Virus record (IMG/VR): IMGVR_UViG_3300027814_000009
Span: 1-24,384 of that record
From: a virus
Lineage: Duplodnaviria > Caudoviricetes
Length of the DNA: 24,384 nucleotides
Direction: 5' to 3' (one strand)
Shown here in pieces: positions 15,894 to 23,632 of this stretch. The notes beneath the pieces were generated by a model, which ran no database searches, was not told the DNA's origin, and saw only the letters and a list, made by a program, of their open reading frames with translations. The position numbers were made by a program, and so were the translations under genes. Numbering within the stretch: the first letter of the stretch is position 1; the number at the start of each line of letters is the position of its first letter.

Positions 15894-16149
15894 ACTCAGC
15901 CATCTGCTCAGCCAAAGAAGACTGACGTTTCAGTTGACCCAATCGTATGTTACGCAGAGCTTTGCCCTTACGCTTGGTGCCCTTATCGGAGCGCTCCTTG
16001 CGTACTTTGACTTTACTCTTTACGATCTTCTCTTCTACGGTAGCTACCTTGCGTGGTCGTCCTACTTTCTTTTCTGACAACTCACGCTGAACCTGCGCAG
16101 CTACGATCTTACGGATGATACGAGCCATCGATAAAGCTAGTTTATCCAT
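15892..16149 (-). CDS. Small highly basic, putative nucleic-acid-binding protein
   Basis: K/R-rich; KKVGRPRK (AT-hook-like) and RKERSDKGTKRK segments. Confidence 0.7.
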   Translation of the reverse strand: MDKLALSMARIIRKIVAAQVQRELSEKKVGRPRKVATVEEKIVKSKVKVRKERSDKGTKRKGKALRNIRLGQLKRQSSLAEQMAE

Positions 16150-16161
16150 GATCACTTCCCC

Positions 16162-16560
16162 TTATGCAATGTTATGACTAGGTACTTGCTGACTTGTAGC
16201 TGTCAACCAAGTTTTGATTGCTGCATTTGTAGCGGCTACTGATGCCTCACCTCCCTTCCGAATGTGGTTAGCTAGTAAGTGAGTGCGCCACTTGGAATCA
16301 CCACCAGCTCGTGATTGCTTTGTTCGAATCTCTTGGAACAACTCTTTAGAGATTTCTACGATTGGATGCTGTATGTTGTTGGATGATCGACCGAAGTGCA
16401 GGACAACTCTGCGCTCACTACGCACAGTGTGCTCATCGATCTTTACATCCTTGACAACTTCAGCGGCACTGCAATACTGAATCCAATGTTCTAAGAACTT
16501 CTTGTCATCAGTTAGTTCCTCGGCAAAGCGGGAGATGATTCGTTGTATCTTACTGCACAT
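16162..16560 (-). CDS. Hypothetical protein
   Basis: ATG 16560 with AGGAG RBS overlapping the amidotransferase 3' end. Confidence 0.7.
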   Translation of the reverse strand: MCSKIQRIISRFAEELTDDKKFLEHWIQYCSAAEVVKDVKIDEHTVRSERRVVLHFGRSSNNIQHPIVEISKELFQEIRTKQSRAGGDSKWRTHLLANHIRKGGEASVAATNAAIKTWLTATSQQVPSHNIA

Positions 16561-17833
16561 GGCTATGTACTCCTGTAGATGAGTTAGGTTTAACGATCTC
16601 TGCGATTTCAAGTAAGGCTTCCTCGCTCTCAGCCCACATGTCTACGATTGCATCAGCACCCCACTCGGGATCCTGATTGACACGATCGCTGATAATCTCG
16701 GATGTCCACTTGGAATCTGGGCCATCGTCTCCATACATTTCATATAAGATAGCAGATGCTTTCATTGGATTCTCGCTGACCCAACGCACAATGCCGTGGT
16801 AATCATCGCGCTGCATTACGTTGTAGCTTGAGCGAATGATACTTACCAATGCCTTGTGACTGATGCGCCAAGGAGTATGTCCAGTTAAGGACGTTACTTG
16901 AGCTGCCATCTTTTCGTCTGCTGCTTTCTTAGCTGCGGCTGCCTTCTTAGCCTTAGCTTTCTTGACTCGGTTACGCTGAGACTTACTCTTTGCATCACGA
17001 CGATCTGCTTCTAACGCCTGCTGATAGCGCTCGTTAGCAGATGTCTTCTTTCCGTCTGCAAGCGATGGGCTTTGGTATCCTTCCGCTTCCCATGCTGCGA
17101 CTTCTTCGTCGTAGTCGTTCCAGAGTTGCCAGCTTTTACTGGAGCCGTAGTGGTTCTTGGACTTTGGACTTGCGCTGTGATAAGGATTTCCGGTGGTACT
17201 TTTGGAAGGCGCTGTCGTTGTGATTGCTGTATGTCCACCGTAGTTGTAAGCGCGAGGCGGTTCACCATAACCAAACTTCCAAGGTGTCCAAGCGTATGTG
17301 TTTGAATACCATACACCGTCATGCTCTACACCCGAATGGCGATTGATGATGGCAACATTACCGTCAAGATCCATGAAGCCGAACTTGTTGGATGAACCGA
17401 TGTGTGCGCCGAGATATCCACGGATGTATGGATTATTCAAAGCATCTGGTGTCAGCTCAAGCATTGGCTTAATGAAGTCTTTGATGTAATGCCAAGTGTC
17501 AGACTTAGTTGGATCAGCCGTATTGCCATAGCTTAGGATACCGTTGTGAGCCATGTATACATTAGGCAACACTTCGTAAGGATGGCAATTCTCTAGGTCG
17601 ATGTGGCCGTGAGTCTTCATACGGAAGTGGATGATAGCCTCATAGCAAGCAACGTCGTTGTAGTACATGTCTTCGATCTCTTTGATACCACCGATGGACT
17701 TGTACACCTTAACTCCCCGCTCATCTCCGTGGTTAACGATCGCGCCGAACCCGTCGGAATTTTTGTAGAAGAAATCCCTCAGTTGTTCTGAAGAAAAACA
17801 GTAGTCCTTTGGCTGATGAATAAGAATACACAT
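16550..17833 (-). CDS. Class II (Ntn) glutamine amidotransferase with long C-terminal extension
   Basis: N-terminal Cys2 (MCILI), NSDGFG, HFRMKTHG, NCHPY, AHNGIL, SDT and WYSN motifs. Confidence 0.92.
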   Translation of the reverse strand: MCILIHQPKDYCFSSEQLRDFFYKNSDGFGAIVNHGDERGVKVYKSIGGIKEIEDMYYNDVACYEAIIHFRMKTHGHIDLENCHPYEVLPNVYMAHNGILSYGNTADPTKSDTWHYIKDFIKPMLELTPDALNNPYIRGYLGAHIGSSNKFGFMDLDGNVAIINRHSGVEHDGVWYSNTYAWTPWKFGYGEPPRAYNYGGHTAITTTAPSKSTTGNPYHSASPKSKNHYGSSKSWQLWNDYDEEVAAWEAEGYQSPSLADGKKTSANERYQQALEADRRDAKSKSQRNRVKKAKAKKAAAAKKAADEKMAAQVTSLTGHTPWRISHKALVSIIRSSYNVMQRDDYHGIVRWVSENPMKASAILYEMYGDDGPDSKWTSEIISDRVNQDPEWGADAIVDMWAESEEALLEIAEIVKPNSSTGVHSHVQ

Positions 17834-17871
17834 GGTTATTTCCTTTGTCTAAGATAGGTTGGTAGTTATAC

Positions 17872-19449
17872 TTACGCTGCAAGAGGTTCGCGTTCGTTAT
17901 CATGATTCACCTCGACTGCTAGATAACTGCGAAGATACTTGGTATCAATACGATTCTGTGGACGAACCAACCACTTCTTGAAACCAAGAGCGGTGAACTC
18001 CACAAGTGATACCTCGCCCGGTGTACAGAATGTCAACAACGCATTGACAAACTCAAGTGCCGCCATCACTGACTCATACCGCAATGAGCCGCGGAAGATA
18101 CGGAACTCGACAGTCTCTGGGTTGGTTACATTCAAAGCCTCGTAACGCTCAGTGCTATGCTTGTTTTGTATTGTGAACTTGGCAAGATGTGGTTTGAATC
18201 TGCAGTAACCGTTGTCGTAGCGTCGAGCGATCGAACGGATAAGCGATTCATTACGAACGTCATTGAGGAACGCTTGGACTCTATAGATCTGACCTTGCGT
18301 TAAGAACTCACGACCCACATGTATATGCAGACCACAAGCACCACCCTCATGAGAACGTAAACCCATCTTGAGTTTGCCATTCTTTAGGAAAGCAGCCATC
18401 CTTTCGGTGTGAACGTCGAGGCCAGCGGGTTGGGTAACGATCTCGAAACCCTCACCGATTGAACCGTCACGCTCGAAGTAACAGTACTCGCCTGTCTCGA
18501 AGGTCTCATGATTCAAAGCCTCATGTACCTTACCCAGCTTGGCATGCACATCTCCTGAACGGCACTGAACCTCCAGCTCCATACCAAAAGCTCTGCGGTT
18601 GCGCTGGAACCAAGGCGAATCAATCACCGTAAACCCACGCTGACGAGAGCTGTGATAACCTGCAAGCAGATCACCGTAAGGAGTCCAGAACTCATCAACC
18701 CAGATCTGACGACCGCCATGTGTACGCTGAGTCTGGCCGGGCACACGAGAGTCAGATATGTAGACATGATTACCACGACCGTGAACCTCTACTGCAAACT
18801 TAGTCAGGATAAGTTGCCCATTATGATTTGATAGGCGGCTACCATTCTCATTCAAACTTTGAGCGCAGGTACGACATACGTTAGACCTGTGTTCCCAGTT
18901 CTCTTCGCTGCCCATCAGAGTCTGCTCGTAACCACGACGCTCGAAGTGACCGCAGTCAGTAAACATCATGTTGTAGTTCTCAGTCCAAGCTAGGAACCAA
19001 CTCACTTGAGCCTGAGTGTGAGGCTCGGGGCACTGCTGGAAGATTGGATACCAGTGATTAGCTGCACCCTTGTAGTTGACGTATGTCAAACCTGTCTCAC
19101 CAACATGATCACGATTGGTTGACTCATTGGCGGCTGGGCCAAGCTTGATCAGATCCAAAGCAAAACGCAGACGAGTATAGCCAAGATGATAATTCTTAGC
19201 TAGTGGTTGAGCCAGAGTTTCAAGATAGGCAATGAAGCCCAGACGATTGTTGATCTGATTCTCTGCGACCATCATCAACAAGATGAACCACTTGTTGCGA
19301 TGGAGATTGTTACCTGTGCTACGGCTTAGAGACACGCAGGTCTTGACGATTACCTTCTTGAACAGCACATCAGCAAAGCTATCCAAACGCTCGGCACGCT
19401 TGAGCATGTACTGATAAACTCCGATGTGATCACGCATTGGTGTTGTCAT
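17872..19449 (-). CDS. Amidoligase (COOH-NH2 ligase, glutamine synthetase fold, Amidoligase_2-like)
   Basis: FGMELEV, ERDGSI, GFEIVTQP, CGLHIHVGR, RYEALN and TVEFRIFRGSL motifs; adjacent to the GATase. Confidence 0.9.
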   Translation of the reverse strand: MTTPMRDHIGVYQYMLKRAERLDSFADVLFKKVIVKTCVSLSRSTGNNLHRNKWFILLMMVAENQINNRLGFIAYLETLAQPLAKNYHLGYTRLRFALDLIKLGPAANESTNRDHVGETGLTYVNYKGAANHWYPIFQQCPEPHTQAQVSWFLAWTENYNMMFTDCGHFERRGYEQTLMGSEENWEHRSNVCRTCAQSLNENGSRLSNHNGQLILTKFAVEVHGRGNHVYISDSRVPGQTQRTHGGRQIWVDEFWTPYGDLLAGYHSSRQRGFTVIDSPWFQRNRRAFGMELEVQCRSGDVHAKLGKVHEALNHETFETGEYCYFERDGSIGEGFEIVTQPAGLDVHTERMAAFLKNGKLKMGLRSHEGGACGLHIHVGREFLTQGQIYRVQAFLNDVRNESLIRSIARRYDNGYCRFKPHLAKFTIQNKHSTERYEALNVTNPETVEFRIFRGSLRYESVMAALEFVNALLTFCTPGEVSLVEFTALGFKKWLVRPQNRIDTKYLRSYLAVEVNHDNEREPLAA

Positions 19450-19813
19450 GTTTCTTCTCCTTTGGGAATGGCATCTTTGTATAACTACCGACTGAACTAT
19501 TCTCAGTTCCGAACCTACTATCGAGTAACCTGAGAGTTTGTTGACCGATGTGGTTGATCATAAATCTGGCAATCCAATTGCGATTACCTGCATACCAACG
19601 ATCTTCTATGTCATCTTCTCCCTGCACATCATCGTCGTAGCTAAATGTTTCGCGCAACGGATGTTCCATGTAGTAGATGTACATGTCCTCATCATTGACA
19701 CTTACCTCATAGCCTTGCTCTCTTAGCAACTGAGTCACAGCTCTAACGTGCGATGATGGTGAGCAGTCAGGGATAAAAGCTTCTGCCCAGTGTCGCTGCC
19801 TAGTTGTCATCAC
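19430..19813 (-). CDS. Hypothetical protein
   Basis: 127-aa ORF with AAGGAG upstream; overlaps neighbours in the operon. Confidence 0.7.
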   Translation of the reverse strand: MMTTRQRHWAEAFIPDCSPSSHVRAVTQLLREQGYEVSVNDEDMYIYYMEHPLRETFSYDDDVQGEDDIEDRWYAGNRNWIARFMINHIGQQTLRLLDSRFGTENSSVGSYTKMPFPKEKKHDNTNA

Positions 19814-20186
19814 CCATCTCCTTTCGTACTGTTTTTGCTACGTTTGAAATTGCCTCGTCAACACTATCGCTAATGTTGTCTGCCCACTTCATCATCTCGT
19901 GTACTTCTTCTTCACTCTCTACCTTCATGAGATGCATGATTAGGTTGGCTCCGATTGCACCTGTGTTAGCGAACTGAATTGATAGTGCCTGCTTGATATG
20001 ATCAGGTGCATCTCTGGTTGCGATGGCTATCATCTTTCCTGTGTGCTGCATACCAGCTAGGAACTTAACAGCCTGCGTGTACTCATCACCCTTGATTGCC
20101 TTGATGCTTTCTGTGTAGTCTTGCAATGTTTGTTCAAGGGTTTTGCGTACATCATCTATCTTCTTGTGGAAATCACTGCTGCTCAT
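19800..20186 (-). CDS. Hypothetical helical protein
   Basis: ATG 20186 with AGGAG RBS. Confidence 0.7.
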   Translation of the reverse strand: MSSSDFHKKIDDVRKTLEQTLQDYTESIKAIKGDEYTQAVKFLAGMQHTGKMIAIATRDAPDHIKQALSIQFANTGAIGANLIMHLMKVESEEEVHEMMKWADNISDSVDEAISNVAKTVRKEMGDDN

Positions 20187-20421
20187 GGTGCTTCTCCTCA
20201 TAAGGGTTGCCCATCGTTTCGTAATCCAGACCCATGAGTCGGTATGATTCTTCTAGTTCAGCTTGGGATAGGTCTGTGCTGCTCCACCCGCGAGGCGCAG
20301 ATGGTATTGGCTTGGACGAAAGCTCTGCCTTCATCTGTTGCCGAATCTTTTTAAACTTCTTGCGAAGGTCTGTTACCTCCGATCGTTCATACTTGAATGA
20401 CGGATCAAAACAAGTTGCCAT
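20173..20421 (-). CDS. Small conserved phage protein (DPSFKY..S..TDLRK.F..IR type)
   Basis: GGAGG RBS; N-terminal motif familiar from betaproteobacterial phages; function unknown. Confidence 0.7.
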   Translation of the reverse strand: MATCFDPSFKYERSEVTDLRKKFKKIRQQMKAELSSKPIPSAPRGWSSTDLSQAELEESYRLMGLDYETMGNPYEEKHHEQQ

Positions 20422-20455
20422 GTTGCCTCCAAAGGTTGAAGATGTGAAAGGGGAG

Positions 20456-20482
20456 TGCCCCTCCCGTAAGGGAAGAGGGGCA
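20456..20482. other. Intergenic GC-rich hairpin (processing or attenuation site?)
   Basis: TGCCCCTC...GAGGGGCA 8-bp inverted repeat with further inner pairing. Confidence 0.55.
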
Positions 20483-20508
20483 TGACCCGAAGATTGAAGA
20501 GGGGGGAA

Positions 20509-20787
20509 TTACTTACGACGGATGTGTGGGTACTGAAGGTTCGGAGTGACGTGATCGATTTGCCAATCGTACTTACCGTTCTCACGTTGCAGCTTTGATA
20601 ATGCTCTAGTCCCTGCTTCGGAACTATTCTTTGCTTCTACATCTACTTCGATAGTCTCAATGCGTGATGCGTATACACGCCAGACTCTTTTCTCTTGGGC
20701 TAACTTCGGAGATCCTGCCAGTGCATCTTTAACAAACCCTGTCTTTGCAACAGGCGTGACAAACAACTGCGAAAAGGGATGACTCAT
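20509..20787 (-). CDS. Hypothetical protein
   Basis: 92-aa ORF, GGAG RBS. Confidence 0.7.
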   Translation of the reverse strand: MSHPFSQLFVTPVAKTGFVKDALAGSPKLAQEKRVWRVYASRIETIEVDVEAKNSSEAGTRALSKLQRENGKYDWQIDHVTPNLQYPHIRRK

Positions 20788-20804
20788 AGTAATTCTCCAT
20801 TTGG

Positions 20805-21041
20805 TTAAGAGTGAATAGTTGGTACATCTTTAAGTACTTCCATACATCTATTGAAGATCTCGGCGTACTTCTCTTCTGCCTCATGATCATTCATGCCCAG
20901 CTTATAAACCTCAAGTGATGCTGCTTGACTGCACATCATCTGCTTGAGCTGCTCGTTTTCTTGGGCGCTTACTCGGCTTACAAGATGCATCAATATGACT
21001 AGAAGTATAGTCATCAAGAACAGGCGCAATCCTATTTGCAT
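20805..21041 (-). CDS. Small exported protein (signal peptide, 2 Cys)
   Basis: MQIGLRLFLMTILLVILMHLVSRVSA|Q; GGAGG RBS. Confidence 0.7.
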   Translation of the reverse strand: MQIGLRLFLMTILLVILMHLVSRVSAQENEQLKQMMCSQAASLEVYKLGMNDHEAEEKYAEIFNRCMEVLKDVPTIHS

Positions 21042-21237
21042 TTAGTTCCTCCATACTATCTACATCCTCCTCCATCATCCAGACTATCATTGGTATCATG
21101 GAGTAGAACAACGAAAGCCAGAAAGCCCCAGTACTCGGAACTCCTATGGCACCTAATACCATCCACGATATGCTAAACGTACCCAACATACAAGCTATAG
21201 TGAATGTTGCAACACCTACACTAGCTATCTTTCTCAT
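20911..21237 (-). CDS. Two-TM membrane protein
   Basis: Two hydrophobic segments in the first 55 aa; ATGA-coupled start; tail overlaps the next gene by 131 nt. Confidence 0.65.
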   Translation of the reverse strand: MRKIASVGVATFTIACMLGTFSISWMVLGAIGVPSTGAFWLSLFYSMIPMIVWMMEEDVDSMEELNANRIAPVLDDYTSSHIDASCKPSKRPRKRAAQADDVQSSSIT

Positions 21238-21443
21238 ACAGTCCTCTCAAAAGATTGATAATACATTGTGTCATTAGTCTCGATAGTGCCAGACCAAGCA
21301 TCGTTCTTTAGTACTTCGTTAACTAAAGTATCCTTGTATGTGCCATCTGTTTGCCTGACATTTAATCTACAAGCGATACTGTTTTGATGCGATGGATTAA
21401 AGATCCACTGAGGGAATCCTTTATAGGCTAGTACATTCTTCAT
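21234..21443 (-). CDS. Hypothetical protein
   Basis: ATGA coupling at both ends, GGAGGAG RBS. Confidence 0.7.
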   Translation of the reverse strand: MKNVLAYKGFPQWIFNPSHQNSIACRLNVRQTDGTYKDTLVNEVLKNDAWSGTIETNDTMYYQSFERTV

Positions 21444-21724
21444 GATCTCCTCCCTCTCATGCTATCGGCGCAGTGTTGAAATGCTTGTGCGTACACTGCT
21501 TGCCTACACTCACGTTCAAAGTATAAGTTCTTGCATGGATGATAGCTAGGCCAACTCCTTGAGTCAATAGCTCCAGCCCTCATGGGTACACTGGTAGATT
21601 GTGCTGTCCCTTCGGCAATCTGCTGGCACCAAGCGATCGACTGTTCGTTGTTCTGGCTGTGCGATATGTCGGTGGATAATATAAGCGCCGCAATAAAAGC
21701 GACAATGATTAGAAAGTACTTCAT
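21440..21724 (-). CDS. Small exported protein (signal peptide, 4 Cys)
   Basis: MKYFLIIVAFIAALILSTDISHS|Q; ATGA-coupled start. Confidence 0.75.
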   Translation of the reverse strand: MKYFLIIVAFIAALILSTDISHSQNNEQSIAWCQQIAEGTAQSTSVPMRAGAIDSRSWPSYHPCKNLYFERECRQAVYAQAFQHCADSMRGRRS

Positions 21725-22062
21725 TCTTTCTCCTTCCATGTACAGTCCATACTGTATTCAAACTTATCTATGCTGATGGAACTCAGAGTTGGCTTGACAG
21801 ATGTGTCGGGGAGCGGGTGCATGTAGAAGCTACGAGTTGTGCGATCGTATACCGCACAGTATTCTTTTAGCTGCTTCGATCCAACATGAAGCTGACCTAC
21901 ACCACCCGCAGTTGAGCCCATGAATGTACATGGACGGTAGATAAACAGAGACATCGTGCCAGTATCACTACTCATCTTCCAGCACTGCTCTGTTTCTTGT
22001 GCATCAGTTGCTGTGTAATAGGCTGCACCTATGATTGCTGCTATTGCGATAGCTTTCTTCAT
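21721..22062 (-). CDS. Small exported protein (signal peptide, 4 Cys)
   Basis: MKKAIAIAAIIGAAYYTATDA|Q; ATGA-coupled. Confidence 0.75.
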   Translation of the reverse strand: MKKAIAIAAIIGAAYYTATDAQETEQCWKMSSDTGTMSLFIYRPCTFMGSTAGGVGQLHVGSKQLKEYCAVYDRTTRSFYMHPLPDTSVKPTLSSISIDKFEYSMDCTWKEKE

Positions 22063-22253
22063 GATGTATCCCTTTCATGTTTCTCTATGAGTTTACGGAT
22101 CTCTTGAGTGAGCTTGTACTCTTCCACTGTAGCGACAGGTATATGTTCAGACAAGGAGTACAGCATATCTAGTCCTGTCTCGGAGTACAGACTAATCTTG
22201 TCTCTGGTTCTACCCTCACTAACTACGGTGAGTGTTACGTTTATGTTGAACAT
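22059..22253 (-). CDS. Hypothetical protein
   Basis: AGGAGG RBS; coupled to the next gene. Confidence 0.7.
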   Translation of the reverse strand: MFNINVTLTVVSEGRTRDKISLYSETGLDMLYSLSEHIPVATVEEYKLTQEIRKLIEKHERDTS

Positions 22254-22261
22254 CTATCCTC

Positions 22262-22333
22262 CTAGTGTGCGTGAATGAATATTAGTACTGCAAATAAAAC
22301 AATAACTATTACCTCCCATCTATCCCAATCCAT
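22262..22333 (-). CDS. 23-aa membrane micropeptide (MDWDRWEVIVIVLFAVLIFIHAH), absent from the ORF track
   Basis: AAGGAG RBS; fills the apparent intergenic gap almost exactly; TAG overlaps the next gene's RBS. Confidence 0.65.
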   Translation of the reverse strand: MDWDRWEVIVIVLFAVLIFIHAH

Positions 22334-22335
22334 GA

Positions 22336-22746
22336 TCATGCTCCTTTGAAAGAACAAACATATATGAGGGCGGTTGCGGCTGGAGAACCCGGAGGCACAT
22401 CCTTCCAATCTGCATCTTGATTATCTATACGATGCATCATCTTGCCAAGAGCCCACCAATCGGAGAACCATACTTGCTCAAGGATACGGTACTTTCTGTT
22501 CTTGCAGTCGTACTGAGTAGCATTGATATACGACATGCTGTCACGGTCTTTCACGAAGAAGTTAACTAGATCTGTGGCATGCCTGATCTCGTTCTCTTCT
22601 CCTGACTGAGCGATAACTTTGTGTTGCCAGAATGTTAAGCCTTTGCTAGGTACTGATGCCACCATATTCCATAGAGCATCGGGCTGGGAATCCTTGGCAC
22701 CAACGGCACCACAAACAAGAGCTAGTACTAATGCTAATGCTTTCAT
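22336..22746 (-). CDS. Exported protein resembling the surface adhesin E (Adhesin_E) family
   Basis: Signal peptide; S......YDCKNRKYRIL...G......W..VPPGSPA.....VC pattern. Confidence 0.7.
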   Translation of the reverse strand: MKALALVLALVCGAVGAKDSQPDALWNMVASVPSKGLTFWQHKVIAQSGEENEIRHATDLVNFFVKDRDSMSYINATQYDCKNRKYRILEQVWFSDWWALGKMMHRIDNQDADWKDVPPGSPAATALIYVCSFKGA

Positions 22747-22785
22747 ATCGTTCTCCTATATAGTGAGCTACGTTTACATGATAAC

Positions 22786-22899
22786 TTAATCCTCCTCTTC
22801 TTTGTCAAAGAATCCTGCTGCTGTAAGTATTATTAAAAAGATAATACATCCTATGAGTATGCCATTCAGTAGGAGTATTACTGCTGAGCTGGGTGACAT
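22786..22899 (-). CDS. 37-aa single-TM membrane protein with acidic tail
   Basis: AAGGAGG RBS; MSPSSAVILLLNGILIGCIIFLIILTAAGFFDKEEED. Confidence 0.7.
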   Translation of the reverse strand: MSPSSAVILLLNGILIGCIIFLIILTAAGFFDKEEED

Positions 22900-23063
22900 G
22901 TTCCCTCCTTGATGACCTCGACCTCTGTCCATGCTGCTATCTGTACGACGTTGCCATCCTTGTCTTTGCAGTAGGAGTACATGCCATCGATGTGATGGAA
23001 TTCTAGTATCCAATGCTCATCAATACGGATCGTGCTGTTGGGTGGTACGTCGTACAGTTTCAT
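22878..23063 (-). CDS. Small conserved phage protein (F..IDGMYS.C type)
   Basis: MKLYDVP..S.IR...FHHIDGMYSYC.D..G.VV..AAWTEVE; ATGA-coupled. Confidence 0.75.
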   Translation of the reverse strand: MKLYDVPPNSTIRIDEHWILEFHHIDGMYSYCKDKDGNVVQIAAWTEVEVIKEGTCHPAQQ

Positions 23064-23296
23064 GGCTTCTCCCTTGTAATCTTATCCCTTGTAATGCTGT
23101 CAAGGAACTCATCCATTGTCATTGCGATAACATCTGGATCATCATCGATCTGTTTCTTGGAAGGCGGTAGACCTAGATGAGCTTCGATGTTCATGAGCAG
23201 AACATCCATCTCATCTGTTGGTTGCATGCCCCAATTGAGTGACTCGATCAGAGCTGTGTATGCTTCCTTGAGTAGTACGTTTGGATCTTGAGTCAT
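23060..23296 (-). CDS. Hypothetical protein
   Basis: AGGAG RBS; coupled stop. Confidence 0.7.
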   Translation of the reverse strand: MTQDPNVLLKEAYTALIESLNWGMQPTDEMDVLLMNIEAHLGLPPSKKQIDDDPDVIAMTMDEFLDSITRDKITREKP

Positions 23297-23305
23297 GTCG
23301 TTCTC

Positions 23306-23632
23306 CTAATCTATGAGTGTAAGTTCGTTGTCGTATTCATCTATGAAGTGCTGCATCCATGAGCGTGGGTAGTAGTCCTCGGAGATCAGATGCTTGCATG
23401 CCGAGCTTGCTGCTGATCCGGCCTCCCATACTTTCTTGAGATCAACGCCATATTCTGTTGTCACCGTTGGCTTGATCAGCCAGTACCTACTGACATCAGA
23501 CCGTTGGAAGTCTATCTTTATGCCAGAATATCGGACGGTAGCCATAGCTATGTGGGCGTTATGATCTACCCAATGCTCGTAGGTATACCGTTCGGTATGT
23601 CTGAACTGCTGGAGTACTGGTGGCCTAAGCAT
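23306..23632 (-). CDS. Hypothetical protein
   Basis: ATG 23632 with AAGGAG RBS. Confidence 0.65.
   Translation of the reverse strand: MLRPPVLQQFRHTERYTYEHWVDHNAHIAMATVRYSGIKIDFQRSDVSRYWLIKPTVTTEYGVDLKKVWEAGSAASSACKHLISEDYYPRSWMQHFIDEYDNELTLID

Noticed and set aside
20911-21237. Two-TM protein as a holin
   Set aside because: No endolysin or spanin nearby, and it lies in an early-type operon
22752-22777. T7-promoter-like CTCACTATA..GGAGA on the - strand
   Set aside because: Single occurrence, altered spacing, GGAGA is explained by the RBS, and there is no phage RNA polymerase in the window
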